Of a stretch of DNA of 64,000 nt, positions 15,575 through 30,349 are shown one piece after another. The notes under the pieces were generated by a model. The model was given only the letters and a program-made list of their open reading frames with translations, did not search any database and had not been told where the DNA came from. The DNA comes from the human T2T-CHM13v2.0 reference genome, Homo sapiens. The stretch is from the NCBI RefSeq assembly GCF_009914755.1, contig NC_060940.1. One strand, 5' to 3'. Every line of letters starts with the position of its first letter. Position 1 is the first letter of the stretch. The position numbers were made by a program, and so were the translations under genes.

Positions 15575-15765
15575 TTTAGCTCATTGGTTAAAAGGATTTG
15601 TTCCGGAAACCTAACTCCAAATCTTTGAACTTCCTAGAAACCTGGCCTGTTTATTTACCCCGTATGTCACTTTCCTTTATCTGTAACTGGAAAATGTGTA
15701 CGAAGAGCTTAATACAATGACTGATACACAGTGAGTTCTCCATAAATGTTAGTTATTATTTTAAT
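15575..15765 (+). mobile_element. MIR SINE
   Basis: Core 'tttcctttatctgtaactgga' and 3' end 'acacagtgagttctccataaatgttagttattatt'. Confidence 0.75.
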
Positions 15766-17730
15766 ATTACAGCATCTGTGGAAACAGTGGGTTTATATTT
15801 CAGCGTCCTGAGAAACACTCATCCTGAACAATGGGAACATTGGCCACATCCGCCATTGTCAATTTTAAATAAAAGATATGATGACTAGTTGGTGAGTTGA
15901 TCTTGTAAGACTTTTACAGATACCCAGAACGGCTCTACTTCTTCATATTCCACTTTTTAGTTTTAAAAGTTTAAGTAGATCTCTGTGATCCCTGAAGAAT
16001 TGTGTGCAAAGCAGCATTAAGACGAAAATCTTTTATATTTGTGTTGTAGCTTGGAAAACTAGCGCGTGGTCTGTTTTGTTCCACTGGCTCCTAAGGTTCA
16101 GGTATTAACATAAATACAGCCCATTAACACTTGTTCCTCTCTGTCAGGACATAAATTAAGTCTGCAGGTGTTCCATGAAGCTGTACCCTTGGTACTAATT
16201 AAGCCTTGATAATTAGGTTTGTTAAATTCAGGACTTTAAGCTTATATTCCCTCCTTGGGCTACCAAAACGGAGATGTGCAATATACAAGCCCTCCTGACT
16301 TTTTTTTTTTTTTTTTTTTTCTGCAGAGAGCGTTGCTGCTCCTTCTCTATTTTATTTCTTTATTACTGTTTTTTTAAATGAAGGAGTCAGTAACAAACCG
16401 TTCATCATTTTGCCAGAGTAGGGTGTAAACCTTCATGCAGACCTGTACATTTGTTTATGACGAGATTAAAGTCTTTTCTCCTCCTGTTTTGTGTCAGCTC
16501 AGACACTGAAGGGGAAAGTTTCCAGCCTGGTTTCTCCATACACTGAACATGTTGAAATCTATGCCTTAAGCCCAAATGAACTGTCACTCAAGTATGCACG
16601 CTCATATTATTAAAAACTGTGCATGTAATTTGCTGGGCACCCAAATAATTTGTTTTTTATTTTTCCTTAAAAATGAGACTTTCTGTTAGGAAAGTGATTC
16701 ATGAAACAGTGAAGATCCTGCCTCACAACTTTCAAGAAACCCACAGAGGTCCCTATTCACATAAGAATTTTCTAAGCAGAGGTTCCAATTTGGATATTTC
16801 GTGGCCTTCAGGTTATTTGTAACCAGTACACAAACCACAAAGTCATAATCAGATAGATTTTCTTTCCAGCCTGTCTTTCCTCTTTGGTTGCTTTGTAAAT
16901 CTATTACTCATCAGATCATATGTTTGGCAAATGCCACTTTTCATTTTGAATCAATGGAATCATAAAAAACAATTCTACTAGTACCACTTTCAAGAATATT
17001 CATAGTGGTCATGCTAACGTAATAACCTCTCTTTTTTATTTGAAGGATATTAAATAAAATTGTACTTTTAATCAGAGCCTTTTTTTGAAAAAAAAAAAAA
17101 GAAAAAGATAGTTGATATTGTGGGAGATGGCTACAATACAGATTCATCCCATATTCTCTTTAATGTTCTATTCCCAAGAAGAGCACTAATTAATCTCTCT
17201 AGAAGGGTACCACAGTTTCCATGAGCGTTCATATTTTGAAGTTTCCAAGAACATGTTCTACAGAATGGACCACTGCTCTCTTTTCAGACCCAACCCTTGT
17301 ATCAGAGTTTGCACACATCTAGAAGTTCCGGTTCTCCCAGTCATTACCTTTCTCCTTCAAGCTGGGATTCAGAGTCCATTTTCATAGGGCAAAATGCAGA
17401 GTTCGGGTTCCTTCCTATCCATGAGAGTAGGTGCTGAAGGAGATAAAGGAATGAAGACATAGACTTTGAAAGCAATAGTCTGGCAATCATCCAAAGGTTT
17501 GTGGGAGGACAAAAGATCACAAAGTATGTGTTTGTGAAAATAAGACTATGTCATGAAAGCTTTAGAATATCCAACACATTATAGAATATTTTCACGGAAA
17601 TATTTCGGATGGAATTTTGGCTTTAATTCTTTCTCTTCTTTTCCTGTTCTTTTCCCTCTCCCCACAACCACTTCTGTTTCATTTTCTGTTTTGCTCCTTC
17701 TTTTCATAAGTAGCTGGTAGTCAGTGTTCT

Positions 17731-18026
<296 letters not shown>

Positions 18027-19212
18027 GAGGTAGTCAGTGTTCTAAACACTGGTGTACAATCCAAGTCTGTCGCTGCCCAGGATAGAGGAGGGATGACGTG
18101 AATTCACACGGGCCTCTCCTACAAATCTGAGTGTACATCAAGTGAGGGGCGTCCCTCCGCACCTCACTGTTGGGCTGATCAATCCCATTCCCACTCCATT
18201 ATGTGTGTATTTCTAAGTGGCAGATTTGCCTTAGGAAATGGAAGAAGGGGATGAAATAGTGACCAACACAAATTACTGGGTTGGCGGGAGTTGAGAGCTG
18301 GCAAAATCGTCTTGGAGAAGGAAATGGTGCAGATTTCAGAGCTGGCAGACAGCATCTACATCCACCTCTGCAGGAAGCAAGGGAAACATTTTTCTTCTGG
18401 AGAATCGGGCAGCCTGCAGCTGATCCGGTGGTGTCTGAAACCATCCTGTGTGCTGTAGTGTCAACAACTTAGCCTGGTTACTTTGCCACCAAACCCCACC
18501 AAATGCCTTTGTATCTTTTTCAGAACTGCATCTCTGCAGCATAATTGATATTACAGGAATGAAAAGTGTTCTGAGGCATATTATTCCCAGGGTAAAGAGT
18601 CACCGCTGATTAATTACCTCAAGGACAAGGGGACGGTGACTTTTTCTCTTGTATCCAGCAGCGCCACGCGGGGCGGGCGGGAGAGGCAAGGCTAAGAGGT
18701 GGATGAAAGGCTAGGGTTAAGACATTTCACAGTGTCAGGCATCTTGTTAGACTGCGGCTTTCCAGGCCTTCCCCCGTGACTGCTGCGGGGGCCTAGGCCA
18801 AAGATATGCCCGAGTAGAAAATCTGACACCAGCTTCCCAGTTTTCTCTTCTGCTCTCTTTGGCTGCAACGCTTTTACCATGGCTAAACCATTAGGCCGGC
18901 TCTGCAGGGAGGGCAAGACCACAGCAGCTCAGTATTTCCTGCTCAGGGAAAAAGGCCAGGTCTTTTGTTGGTGGAAATCCACTTTTCCATCCACTGTCTT
19001 CTAAGAATGAAAGTAAATCTGTTGTGCTTTCCTCTGCCCTGTCCTCAGGCTTAGCCTTAGTGGGCCTGGTTTTTGCCCCCCTCCAGTTTTAGCTTCCCAT
19101 CTAAAATACAAGGGAAAAGACAGCAAGGACAGGACACTTCCTCCTAGTGTCTTGTAAAGCTGCAAGGGAGTCGCGGCTGAGTCGAGGATCCACATTCCTG
19201 GATGAGTCCTTT

Positions 19213-19918
19213 TGTTACCAGCGGAGGGTGTCCGGGTTCTTGGCATTTTGAAGAAATAGTTGGACAAAATGCACAAACAAAGCAAGAGAAGAATGAAGCA
19301 ACAAAAGCTGAGGTTTATTGAAAGCAAAACTACACTCCATAGAGTGGGAACGGCCCAAGCAGCCACTCAGGGGCCCTGGATAGAGAATCTTCTGGAGTCT
19401 AAATACTCCCTAGAGGTTTCCCATTGGCCACTTGGGGTACACCCCTTATAAATGAAGTGGTGGCCTGCAATCAGTCTTATTGGTTGCAGAAAGCAACCAA
19501 TCAGAGGCTGAAGTGAAGTTACAAATATCACACTCCTATGCAAACATCTGATTGGTTTTGGAAAGCAACCAATCAGAGGCTAAAGTGAAATTACAGAGTT
19601 GCTCTTTTATGCAAACGAAGACTCCGCCTCCAGTCAGTATGATTGGTTGTGGGCAGCAACCCATCAGAGGCTGAAGTGAAGTTACAAAGTTACACTCCTA
19701 TGCAAACGTCTGATTGGTTGCAAAAAGCAAAACCACTCAGAGGTACTTTCAATTTCCCATCTGCCCTGCAGAAAAGGTAAGGGGTTGCAAAAGAGTAGCC
19801 CCTCCTCCTTTTGTTACTTAGGCATGGAAAGTTAAGGGTTTCCTTTCAGTTTGGTTCTAAGAAGTCAGAGTGAAATGGCTTTAGATTCCCTGCCTGCAGA
19901 TTCTATTCCCCAGCCTCA
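19213..19918 (-). mobile_element. MER51 (ERV1) solo LTR
   Basis: TG...CA termini with 4-bp TSD cttt; reverse strand starts tgaggctggggaatagaatctgcaggcaggg; repeated gattggttgc..gcaaccaatcagaggctgaagtgaagttacaa modules typical of MER51. Confidence 0.9.
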
Positions 19919-20084
19919 CTTTGAGAAGCACCTGGACATTTCGTTCTAGGCACGTGTCTTCTTCAAGCTGCCATCCATTATGCATAGTACAGGAGCTCAG
20001 AAAAGTCACCCGTGGGTTCCTTTCTAGCTCAATCATGCTGAGAGTCCAGTCCATTTATAACATAATTCATAAAGGAACATTCTA

Positions 20085-20210
20085 TTTAGTTCTCAGAACT
20101 CTGTGGCAGGGGACTGTTGTTATTCCTCCTTTACAGAGGTGGGTCTGAAGGTACAGAGTGGATAAGTCATTTTCTCCGGGCCAGCCACACAGCGAATGAA
20201 TGGAGATTCC
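20085..20210 (-). mobile_element. MIR SINE fragment
   Basis: 'tattcctcctttacagaggtgggtctgaaggtacagagtggataagtcatt'. Confidence 0.65.
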
Positions 20211-20473
20211 TTGTGTGTAGTAAATGGCTGCAGCCCTATAAGCTATAATCATATATCATCAACACCTTTACCCTGTTATTAACGTGTCTGAAATTAGGGA
20301 ACACCACGTACAAAAGGGATCAGGGTCCACCTTTCTGAAGAAAACTGCAGAGCTTTTGCAGTTATTAAACTAGCAACAGATGTAAAGTCCAACTGTTAGA
20401 GTTTTTCTTTAAAGCAGAAGTTAGCAATTACAGGTGCTTGTGATGTCATCACTTAGATGATCTTATAAATGCC

Positions 20474-20773
<300 letters not shown>

Positions 20774-21620
20774 ATAAATGTCTTTTCTGGGTGGGGCATG
20801 GTCACTGGAAATGTAAACCCTCCCTTCCCCAGGTCAGCCTGCCTCCCAGGTGTTGGTGCTATGATTACAGTGACCACATAATTTATCATCCACACTGGCA
20901 CCTTTTTGAGAGAGGATGGGGAGCAGGTAATTATGCTGGGACAATAGGCGTATGTCAAGATATCTGGTCACCCTATTTATGATCTGTCACACTTAGTACT
21001 TTCTAAAATTCTCGGGCCTTTGCACCTTCTTTTTATCAACGCTTAGTTCTATGTTACTGAATATTTCTTAATTAAGTGCAGGAAAGAAAATAACCATTTT
21101 TTCTCCTTTTAAAGAAGCACACACACCTTTCTTTTATTGGTATTACATTCCTTTTCCCTGTTGGTGCCCCTGTTGGTTTTCCAAATTGTCTTCCCATCCT
21201 TGTCCTACCTCCCAATAGAGTACCTCATCCTATAGTGTTATTATAACTACAGAAAATATATTTTCATTCCTTCCACTTCATGCTTTCAGCTAGAAATGTG
21301 AGTCTCTGAGACTTGTATTCTTGGGGTCACTTAAAACATATTGCATAATGAGGCCTTCAATGACTCTGATTTGGAACTGACCCTCTATGAGGGGTTATAC
21401 CCCTGGACACCAAGCTGCTGGCCTGAGCATGAGGTTGATGGCCAATCTCAGGAGAGGAGGAGGAAGAGGAGGAGGCGGAGAAGAAAATTGCGTGCTAATT
21501 TCAGTTGTATATTGAGCCCACACATATTTACTTCCAATATGAAGCAAATCTAAGAAAAATTCTGCTTTAAAGAAAGAAATGTAAATCAAGTGACTGTTGA
21601 TGGACGCTTGGAAGAATTCT

Positions 21621-21920
21621 TATTTATTTATTTTTTTGGACAGGCTTTCACTCTGTCAGCCAGGCTGGAGTGCAAGTGGCCCAATCATGGCTTACTGCAG
21701 ACTCAACCTCCTGGGTGCAAGTAATCCTCCCACCTCAGCCTCCTGTGTAGTGGAGACCATAGGCATGTTCCACCACACCTAGTTAATTTTTTATTTTTTG
21801 TAGAAATGGGGTCTCACCATATTGACCAGGCCGGACTCAAACTCCGAGATGCACGTGAATCTCCAGCTGTGGCCCCTTCCAAAATGCTGGGATTAGATGC
21901 ATGAGCCACCTGGCCCAGCC
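21621..21920 (-). mobile_element. AluJ SINE
   Basis: Diverged full dimer with J-type features; flanked by agaat(t/c)ct. Confidence 0.92.
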
Positions 21921-23039
21921 AGAATCCTTCCATTAATAAAAGGATGGACCATGAACTCCCTTTTATGATATGAGCCGATCAAATGTGAGCAGAATAGTAT
22001 CCTATTTATACAATGTAGTTTAAAACCAACTTCTTAGAACCATGAGCTAAGGGGGAATCTGGATTTCAAATGCTAGTTGCATCAAACACGTTTCCACCCC
22101 CTCAAAACGTGGCCCAAAGTCATTAGTGTCGGAGCACCCAGCCATCCTTGGCTCCTTCCCACCTATGTTGATTAATTAAAGGACCCAAGAGCTAAAAGGG
22201 AGAAGTAGCTGCATGCTTGCCACTTAGTAATATTTTGATAAGTATTTTTGGGATGAATGCAATGACGCATGAATGAATGAATGAATGAATAACATAGGCT
22301 ACAGTATTTTGTCTTCTTGGTTAGGGACCTTGAGTAAACTGAGGAGTCTGAGGGGAATGCCATGGAAGTCTGTAAACCCAAAATCCTCAGCGAAACCTCA
22401 GCCATCTAGGGACATCTGGGGCAGCAGAGAGCCACTGGTGTGGTGAGTTATCTCCCTGGGCCTTGAGATAGCCATGCTGTTTTGTCTCCACAAGGAAGAA
22501 GTAGGAGGCATAGCCCAAGGCAGCTTGAGAGGAAAGCCTCTTGGCCTTGAATAAGATGACTTTGTTACTGGGCAAAGAAAGCCCGGCTGGAAGTGCTCTT
22601 TGATATGCAAATATAGCCTGATAAGGATTTCCTCTCCTTCCTACTTTCCCTCCCCAACCCTCCCCCAAGCTAAAATTCTCTTCCCAGGAGCCCTGTCATC
22701 AGCAGGGAGTTTTCTGTCTTTGTCCCCATCTCTTCACTTGTGCTGTGCAAAATCAGGCCACGATTGCAGGGTAGTCCACGGCTTCCAAAGAGAACTGCAT
22801 AAATATACATCTTTCAGGGGAAGAGGGAGAACCTGGAGAAGTCAGGAGAGCAAAACCATGCCAGTCAGCTTCAGTGATGATAAAGGTTACTGTTGGATGA
22901 AAGTTTGCATTTTGTTGTGGTGTGGGAAGGACCTTATCCTGTCAGCTCTATGGATGTGCCCAGTTTAAGCTCTGAAAGTTCCTTTAACTTGAAATTGTTT
23001 TTGATCATGTGACAAGGTCTTCTGACCCTTTATCACCCA

Positions 23040-24260
23040 CAGTGTTTTATTCATTTGCTCTAAACCAGCAGTAGGTGAAGTTAGGAACAATATGTCAAGC
23101 TTCCTAACTCCATGGTGCTCTCATTGTGGTGTGTGTGTGTCTGTGAATAAACACGGAAATAATTACGCAAATAAGCTATTGGCAGGTGGTGATAACGTAA
23201 CCGCCCAATGGGTTCATTCTGCCTGATGCCCAGATAAAGCCGATTTATCTAGACAGGGGAATTGCAATAGGGAAAGAGTTTAATGTTGGTAGAGCCAGCT
23301 AAACGGGAGACTGGAGCTTTATTGTTACTCAAATCAGCTTTCCTGAAAATTCAGAGACTGGGGTTTTTTTAAGGATAGTTTTGTGGACAAGAGAATGGGT
23401 ACTGCTGATGGGCTGTGGATGCAATCATAGGGGTGTGTAAAACCCTTGTGCCCTGAATCCGCTTCTGGGTGGGGGGCAGGGCACAGGACCAGTTGAATGG
23501 GGATGGGGCTACCAGTCCTCAAAAATGCAAAAGCCGGAAAAGACATTTCAGAAGGCCAACCTTAGGTTCTACAAAGTGATGTTATCTGCAGGAATAATTG
23601 GGGAAATTGCAAATCTTGTAACCTCTGGAATAATGGCTGCTAATCGTTTATGTCCACTCTTTAGCAGAATTCAGGCTCCTGTCCTCCTCCTAACTTGGTG
23701 GTCTTTTGCTAGCTTTACAAAGGCAGTTTAGTTTGGGGGTAGGGCCATTATCATTTAAATTAAGTACTAAATATCCCCCCAAAGTTAGCTTGGCCCAAGC
23801 CCAGGAATGACTAAGGGCGGTCTGAAGGTTAAAGGCAAGATGGGGCTAGGTTAGATCAGATCTCTTTCACGGTCATAATTTTCTTACTCTTACAATTTTT
23901 GCAAAGGCAGTTTTAATAACTGCTATTTAGCAAAGACAGTTGGGTAAGTTACTAGAGGGAGTATTACCTTAGATGGGGCCAGGAGGGTTTCTCTGAGGAG
24001 ATCCCATTTCAACAGATCTAGAAATGTAATGGAGCCAGTCCTAGGGAAACAGGACTACCAGGAATCCTCACCAGCCCCGCAAAGACGAGGGAGCAGCAAG
24101 TTCCAAAGCCCATGGCATGTCAAGGGTCGATGAATTCACCAACTGCAAGGGGCTTTGGTGACCCCAGTGAACAGATGAGAAAGGGGAGGAGGCTGGGATC
24201 AGTGCACAGCTTTGCAGGCTTTGGGAAGGAATTTCGAGTTTATCTCATTTGTCCAGGTAT
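23040..24260 (-). mobile_element. L2 LINE fragment, split by the LTR8B insertion
   Basis: 'ggtgataa|ctgctat', 'ggccagggagggtttctctgaggag' and 'gggaaggaatttcgagtttatct' are reverse-strand L2 3' motifs. Confidence 0.6.
23196..23915 (-). mobile_element. LTR8B (ERV1) solo LTR
   Basis: (c)gtaaccgcccaatgggttca...tttttgcaaaggcagtttta; TSD ataa; LTR8B-type 'ttagcagaattcaggctcc' and 'gcttggcccaagcccaggaatgactaaggg'. Confidence 0.85.
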
Positions 24261-24407
24261 TTGGATGAAGCCCTGGCATACTAACCCTATGAAAGTTTAT
24301 AGTTCCCAAATTGCAGGATAACAAGGCTCTGTAATCTTCATTTCCTCAAAGTTTTACACCAGGATTCTATGGCCAAGTGTGTGGCAGTGTCACAACTTAA
24401 GAGCCAG

Positions 24408-25456
<1,049 letters not shown>

Positions 25457-26333
25457 GCCAGTCGTTCATGTTTCCTTGTGCCACGTGATTATTTTGTACA
25501 GTCAACATTAAGAGACAGGCACTTGTAAATGTTGAGATGCCAAGGGGGAAAGAATTTTAGAATCCAGATCCGCTTTGGTAAGAGTGGCCTTCGAGCCTCA
25601 TGTATTCTCTGTTCAGCTGTTAAGATTGTTATTAAACTTTATGGACCATAAACCCCACAGAAACAAGGAGGTTGAACAACCATGCTATTACACAAGTGTC
25701 AAAACAGGAGCTGTATTTCATGTCCTGAAAAGTGTGCACGGTTGGCCTCCTCTAGGTCCCACGTGCCTTCTGGATGGTTTTAACCCTCAGCCTCTCTTTG
25801 GCCTGTGAGTGAAACCCATCATTTGACACAGAGGCTTTCTGGAAATGATGCTCCTCTTAGATGAAAGTTCCCTTTCAGAAATCTTTCATTCCCTGACCTC
25901 TGTGTCCATCCCACTAATATATTTCTTACCAGGAGTACATAGTTTGTTCTTTAAGCAAAACCATATGCATCGTATTTTAAATGGAACAGGGAGGTTGTTC
26001 CATGCATCAACTTAGTCCAAATGTAGAGGGTCAGGAAAACAATGATATGAGAAAAGGGCCGGTTACTGTCTGGGAATCCATAAATACTGCTTGGCAAATG
26101 GCACATTGCATGCTTATTCCTTAGGCATCCGTTTAGCAAAATAAGATGTCAAGCTAATTGTAATGATATTTCTGGGGTTTCATCTTCTCTCCCTGGTACA
26201 TAAAAGAATGCAATTCCACCTATATTTTGATTTAAGATCAAATTTTTGCAAAGTATAATTACATTTGATGTAATTGCCCATGCAACCCAGATGTCATATA
26301 TTTATGTTATTATTATCATTTTTCATGTGTAGA

Positions 26334-26705
26334 TGTGGTGATCGTTTGTGCTTTGTTAAATATTCCTCGTCTGTCCTTCTGGGGATGATGCTTTTTCTCC
26401 CTTTTTGGTCAGGCATAGATAGGTGACTTGCTTTAGCCAAAGAAGCATGAACTGTCACTTCAAGGGGGAGATTTACAAGCCAGTGCAGGTGGATTCCCTG
26501 CTTTCTCCTGACATCATGATCATGGACTCACATGACAAAATGGATCCTCCATCTTCCAGCATCTCTGATTGAGACTAACAAGGGCCCTGACAGCCTTTTC
26601 TGGACTTGTAGTATGTGCAAGAATTAAGCTTTTTCTGTATCAAGTCACCGTGTTATGGGGGTTGTTCCTCACTGCAGGAGAACCTTGTTCATCCGTATTA
26701 GAACA
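26334..26705 (+). mobile_element. Old MLT1 (MaLR, MLT1I/J-like) LTR
   Basis: 'gtgacttgctttagccaa', 'tgtcacttc' and 'ggacttgtagtatgtgcaagaattaagcttt...gggggttgt'. Confidence 0.7.
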
Positions 26706-26774
26706 GTGTGGTGTTTCATGTTAGCAGAGTGTATCAGGATCTTTTGTTTTTTTTTTTTTTTAAATTAAGGATGC

Positions 26775-27136
26775 TGTATGAGTCTTTTCTCATACTACTG
26801 AGAAAGACATACCCAAGACTGAGTAATTTATAAAGGAAAGAGGTTTAATGGACTCACAATTCCACATGGCGGTGGAGGTGTCACCATTATGGCAGAAGGC
26901 AAACAAGGAGCAAAGTCACATCTTACATGGTGGCAGGCAAGAGAACTTGTGCAGGGGAACTCCCCTTTATAAAACCATCAGATCTCGTGGGACTTACTCA
27001 CTATCACAGAAACAACATGGCAAAGACCCATCCCCATGATTCAGTTACCTCTCACCGGGTCCCTCCCATGACGTGGGAATTATGGGAGCTATAATTCAAG
27101 ATGAGATTTGGGTGGGGACACAGCCAAACCATATCA
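26775..27136 (-). mobile_element. THE1C/D (MaLR) solo LTR
   Basis: tgtatgagtc...gagatttgggtggggacacagccaaaccatatca; perfect 5-bp TSD gatgc. Confidence 0.93.
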
Positions 27137-27270
27137 GATGCAAAGTTATGCATATGTTGATCAGCTCAATTTAGCCTTTCCATCATGTTTACATATTTCA
27201 AAATAATGTGTTGTGCACAATATATATGTGCAATTTTTGTCAATTAAAAATAAATTAAAAAAATTAAAAA
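27137..27270 (+). mobile_element. L1MA-type 3' terminus
   Basis: 'gcatatgttgatcagctcaatttagcc...acatatttcaaa...tttttgtcaattaaaaataaa' plus A-rich tail. Confidence 0.7.
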
Positions 27271-27823
27271 ATGGCTTTCCCACAGCCTGTCGACTTCCAT
27301 CCCCATGTGTGGCTCTCCCCAGGGCCTCCCTTCTTGTTCTCCCCAGTTGCAGACCTCAGACAGGAGTCTGCTTGTCTTCCTAGGCCCTTGTCAGAGTGGA
27401 AGGTGGCCCTCCACCACACCAGCCCACTTTCCAGTTATCAAAAAGGATCTTTGATTTAATATTTCCAGAGCAATTTTGGTGATTTCCATTCAAATCTGTT
27501 TTTTGTCATAACTACCTTGCTTGCCTATGGGACATGTTCCCATTTCAGTGCATACTTGACCTTTACCATAAATCACATATTTGTAAACTGTACCCTCCTG
27601 CTGTTTTATTGGGCATGGAGAAGCAGTCTTTTCTTTTTCTTGATGGCCTGGGTTGACCAGATCCTGACTTTTGTGGAGACATTAAAGTGCTAGAAATGAT
27701 AATGGTGAAAGATTCAGAAGTTGAAGGAGATATAAGGAGAGAAATGGACAATTCTTTTGGTAATTGAATGAAATAAGACTCTTAGGAAAATTCTCCCCAG
27801 TGGCAATGTTGTAAGAAACACCA

Positions 27824-28116
27824 GGCCGGGCACAGTGGCTCACACCTGTAATCCCAACACTTTGGGAAGCTGAGACAGGCAGATCACTTGAAGTCAGGAG
27901 TTTGAGACCAGCCTGGCCAACATGGTTAAACCCCATCTCTACTAAAAGTACAAAAATTAGCCAGACGTGATGGTGCGTACCTGTAATCTCAGCTACTCAG
28001 GAGGCTGAGGCAGGAGAATCACTTGAACCCGGGAAGCGGAGGTTGCAGGGAGCTGAGATCACGCTGATGCATTCCAGCGTGGGTGACAGAGCAGGACTCC
28101 ATCTCAAAAAGAAAAA
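27824..28116 (+). mobile_element. AluSx SINE
   Basis: Full dimer; TSD-like gaaacacc. Confidence 0.95.
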
Positions 28117-28249
28117 CTCAACGAAACACCCCAGCTTCTATCATTCTCAAGCTTAGTGTGTGCAAGACTCATGGATGCTGCTTGTTATAAAGGAAGATAA
28201 ATTATGAACAGGCAGACTGGTCTGTGAACCTTACCCAGAAAAATACACA

Positions 28250-28440
28250 GTAGTCCAGTATATTGGCCTCCAGGGCAAAGCTACCTAGGTTCTGAGTCCA
28301 ATTATGGCCTTCATGAGTCTTGTTTCTTTGGACAGGTTTTCCAGTGTCTCTGAGCCTCAACTTCCTCATGTATAAAGTGGAGATGATGCCATTACAGGTT
28401 GCTGCTTTATGGCACATAATTAATACTAGCTCTTATTTAT
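28250..28440 (+). mobile_element. MIR SINE
   Basis: Core 'tctctgagcctcaacttcctcatgtataaagtggagatgat'. Confidence 0.8.
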
Positions 28441-28494
28441 AGGAACTGAACAAAGCCCCAGTTGTTTTGAAGCATGTCCTATCATTAACACAGG

Positions 28495-28720
28495 TAATCA
28501 GGATATATTCATTGAAGTCTCACTGTGTGCCAGGCACTATGCTATGCACCTTACGTGTGTTATTTTATTTCATCCTTCCAGCTCTGGGAGGTGATGACTG
28601 TCATCTGCATTTTGCACATGACAAATCTGAGGGTCAGAGAACTTGCCCAGGGTCACACAATTAGTAGATGGCAGCTCAAGGGGTTTTTGCCTGCGTCTTC
28701 ACCCAAAGCCACTAACACGG
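28495..28720 (-). mobile_element. MIR SINE
   Basis: 'actgtgtgccaggcactatgcta...ctgagggtcagagaacttgcccagggtcacacaattagt'. Confidence 0.82.
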
Positions 28721-29900
28721 GATCTGTCAATTGCATTGCTGGTGATCAAGAAATGCCAGCTCCTCCGCTCTTCCCTGAGTGCCTTGTTGGAGACAAAACC
28801 AGCAGGATTATATCCCCAGCACTGTAATTTAGTGTGGCAGTCAGGGGAAAACACCTTGTAGAATTTCATTTCTTATCATTTAATGTCCCCTTTAATTCTC
28901 ATTTAAGTTCCCCTCTGTAAAAGGCAGTCTCTTCAGCTCTCATAAAACTTTATGGTCTTTACTTGTGATTAGGCAATGGTAAAATTGATTCTCTAAAACC
29001 AACTTCTAGTCAAGTTATGTAATTAGCCAATAAGGGAGGCTGAGAGAGGAAGATATACAAGGTTCTCCCTCAAGAGGTCAGACGTATTATCATTGGTTAG
29101 ATGCCGTATCTTTAAAACACCATCAGCTTGGAAAACACTATCCATTAGCAAGAGATCAGAGCAAGAGAAACCTCGAAGGGTCGAACGGTCCATTCTGAGG
29201 GCTCCACAAAGAACTCGGCATCCCAGAAGGATGATTAGCCTTCCATCTCTCGAGTTGTCTCAGAGCACAACAGGTCTGAGTGTTTTTTTCTTTAATGAAT
29301 TAACCCTTTGGATTTCAGCCCTAGCTTTTGCTTCCCACATCTGACATCCTGCCCTACCTCCTGCCAGAAAACATTTTGATTTCGATCATGGCAGTTGCTG
29401 TCGCTGAGGTAATATGAGGAGATCCGAGACCTCATCCTTGCAGGGAGTGGGCTTGAGATAATTCTCGTTACAAGTTTGCCTAGTGCTTCACATAAGCAGA
29501 GGCCCCAAGACATCAGCAAGCCCGTTTTTTGCCTCTTCCTGGTTCATGGTTAGACTGCATTTTTGAGCCTCTGCCTGTTAGGTGCAGCCATGTGCCTGAG
29601 TCTTGGCCAATGGACTGTTGGAAGACGAGACGTTGGCCCCTTCTCAACCTGACCTGTAAAAACCTGTCTTGCAAAACCCTCACGGCTCTTTCCCCTGCAG
29701 TCTTGATGTGAACAAGCATGATGATGTTGGAAGCCATACGCAAGCTGGATAGAGCCAGGGTCCCTGAGTTCACCACCCAGAGCAAAGTCACTTGTCGATC
29801 AGAAATACAGAACTAGTTTTGGACTTGATGTGAGAAATCTTTTACTGTATCATAGTAGCAAGCATTACCCCAACCAATACCTGTGCTCATACTGCTACAG

Positions 29901-30200
29901 TTTTTTTTTTTTCTTTTTAGTGACTGGGTCTTGCTATGTTGCCCAGACTTGGGTGCAATGGTGCCATCATAGCTCACTGCAGCCTCCAACTCCTAGGCTG
30001 AAGCCATCCTCCCACCGTAGCCTCCTGAATAGCTGGGACTAAAGTGTGCACCACAATGCCCAGCTAACTTTTGTATTTTTTGTAGATACGGGGTCTTGCT
30101 ATGTTGTCCAGGCTGGTCTCAAAGTCCTGGCCTCAAGTGATCCTCCTGCCTTGGCCTCCCAAAGTGCTTGGATTATAGACATGATCCACTGCACGTGGCC
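29901..30200 (-). mobile_element. AluJ SINE
   Basis: Full dimer; TSD catactgcta. Confidence 0.95.
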
Positions 30201-30349
30201 CATACTGCTATTCCAGACAAGAAATTGTACCAGGAAATTCACTGATATTATTGGTCCATCTGAGGATCATCAGAGATGAAAATGAGATTTGACAACTGCA
30301 TTTGGAAATGGAGTATGACAGTATCATTCTGATGTAGGGAGGATATCAC

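Noticed and set aside
18657-18680. CTCF site (reverse complement ...GCGTGGCGCTG)
   Set aside because: About four mismatches to the core, including the central AG; GC boxes explain it better
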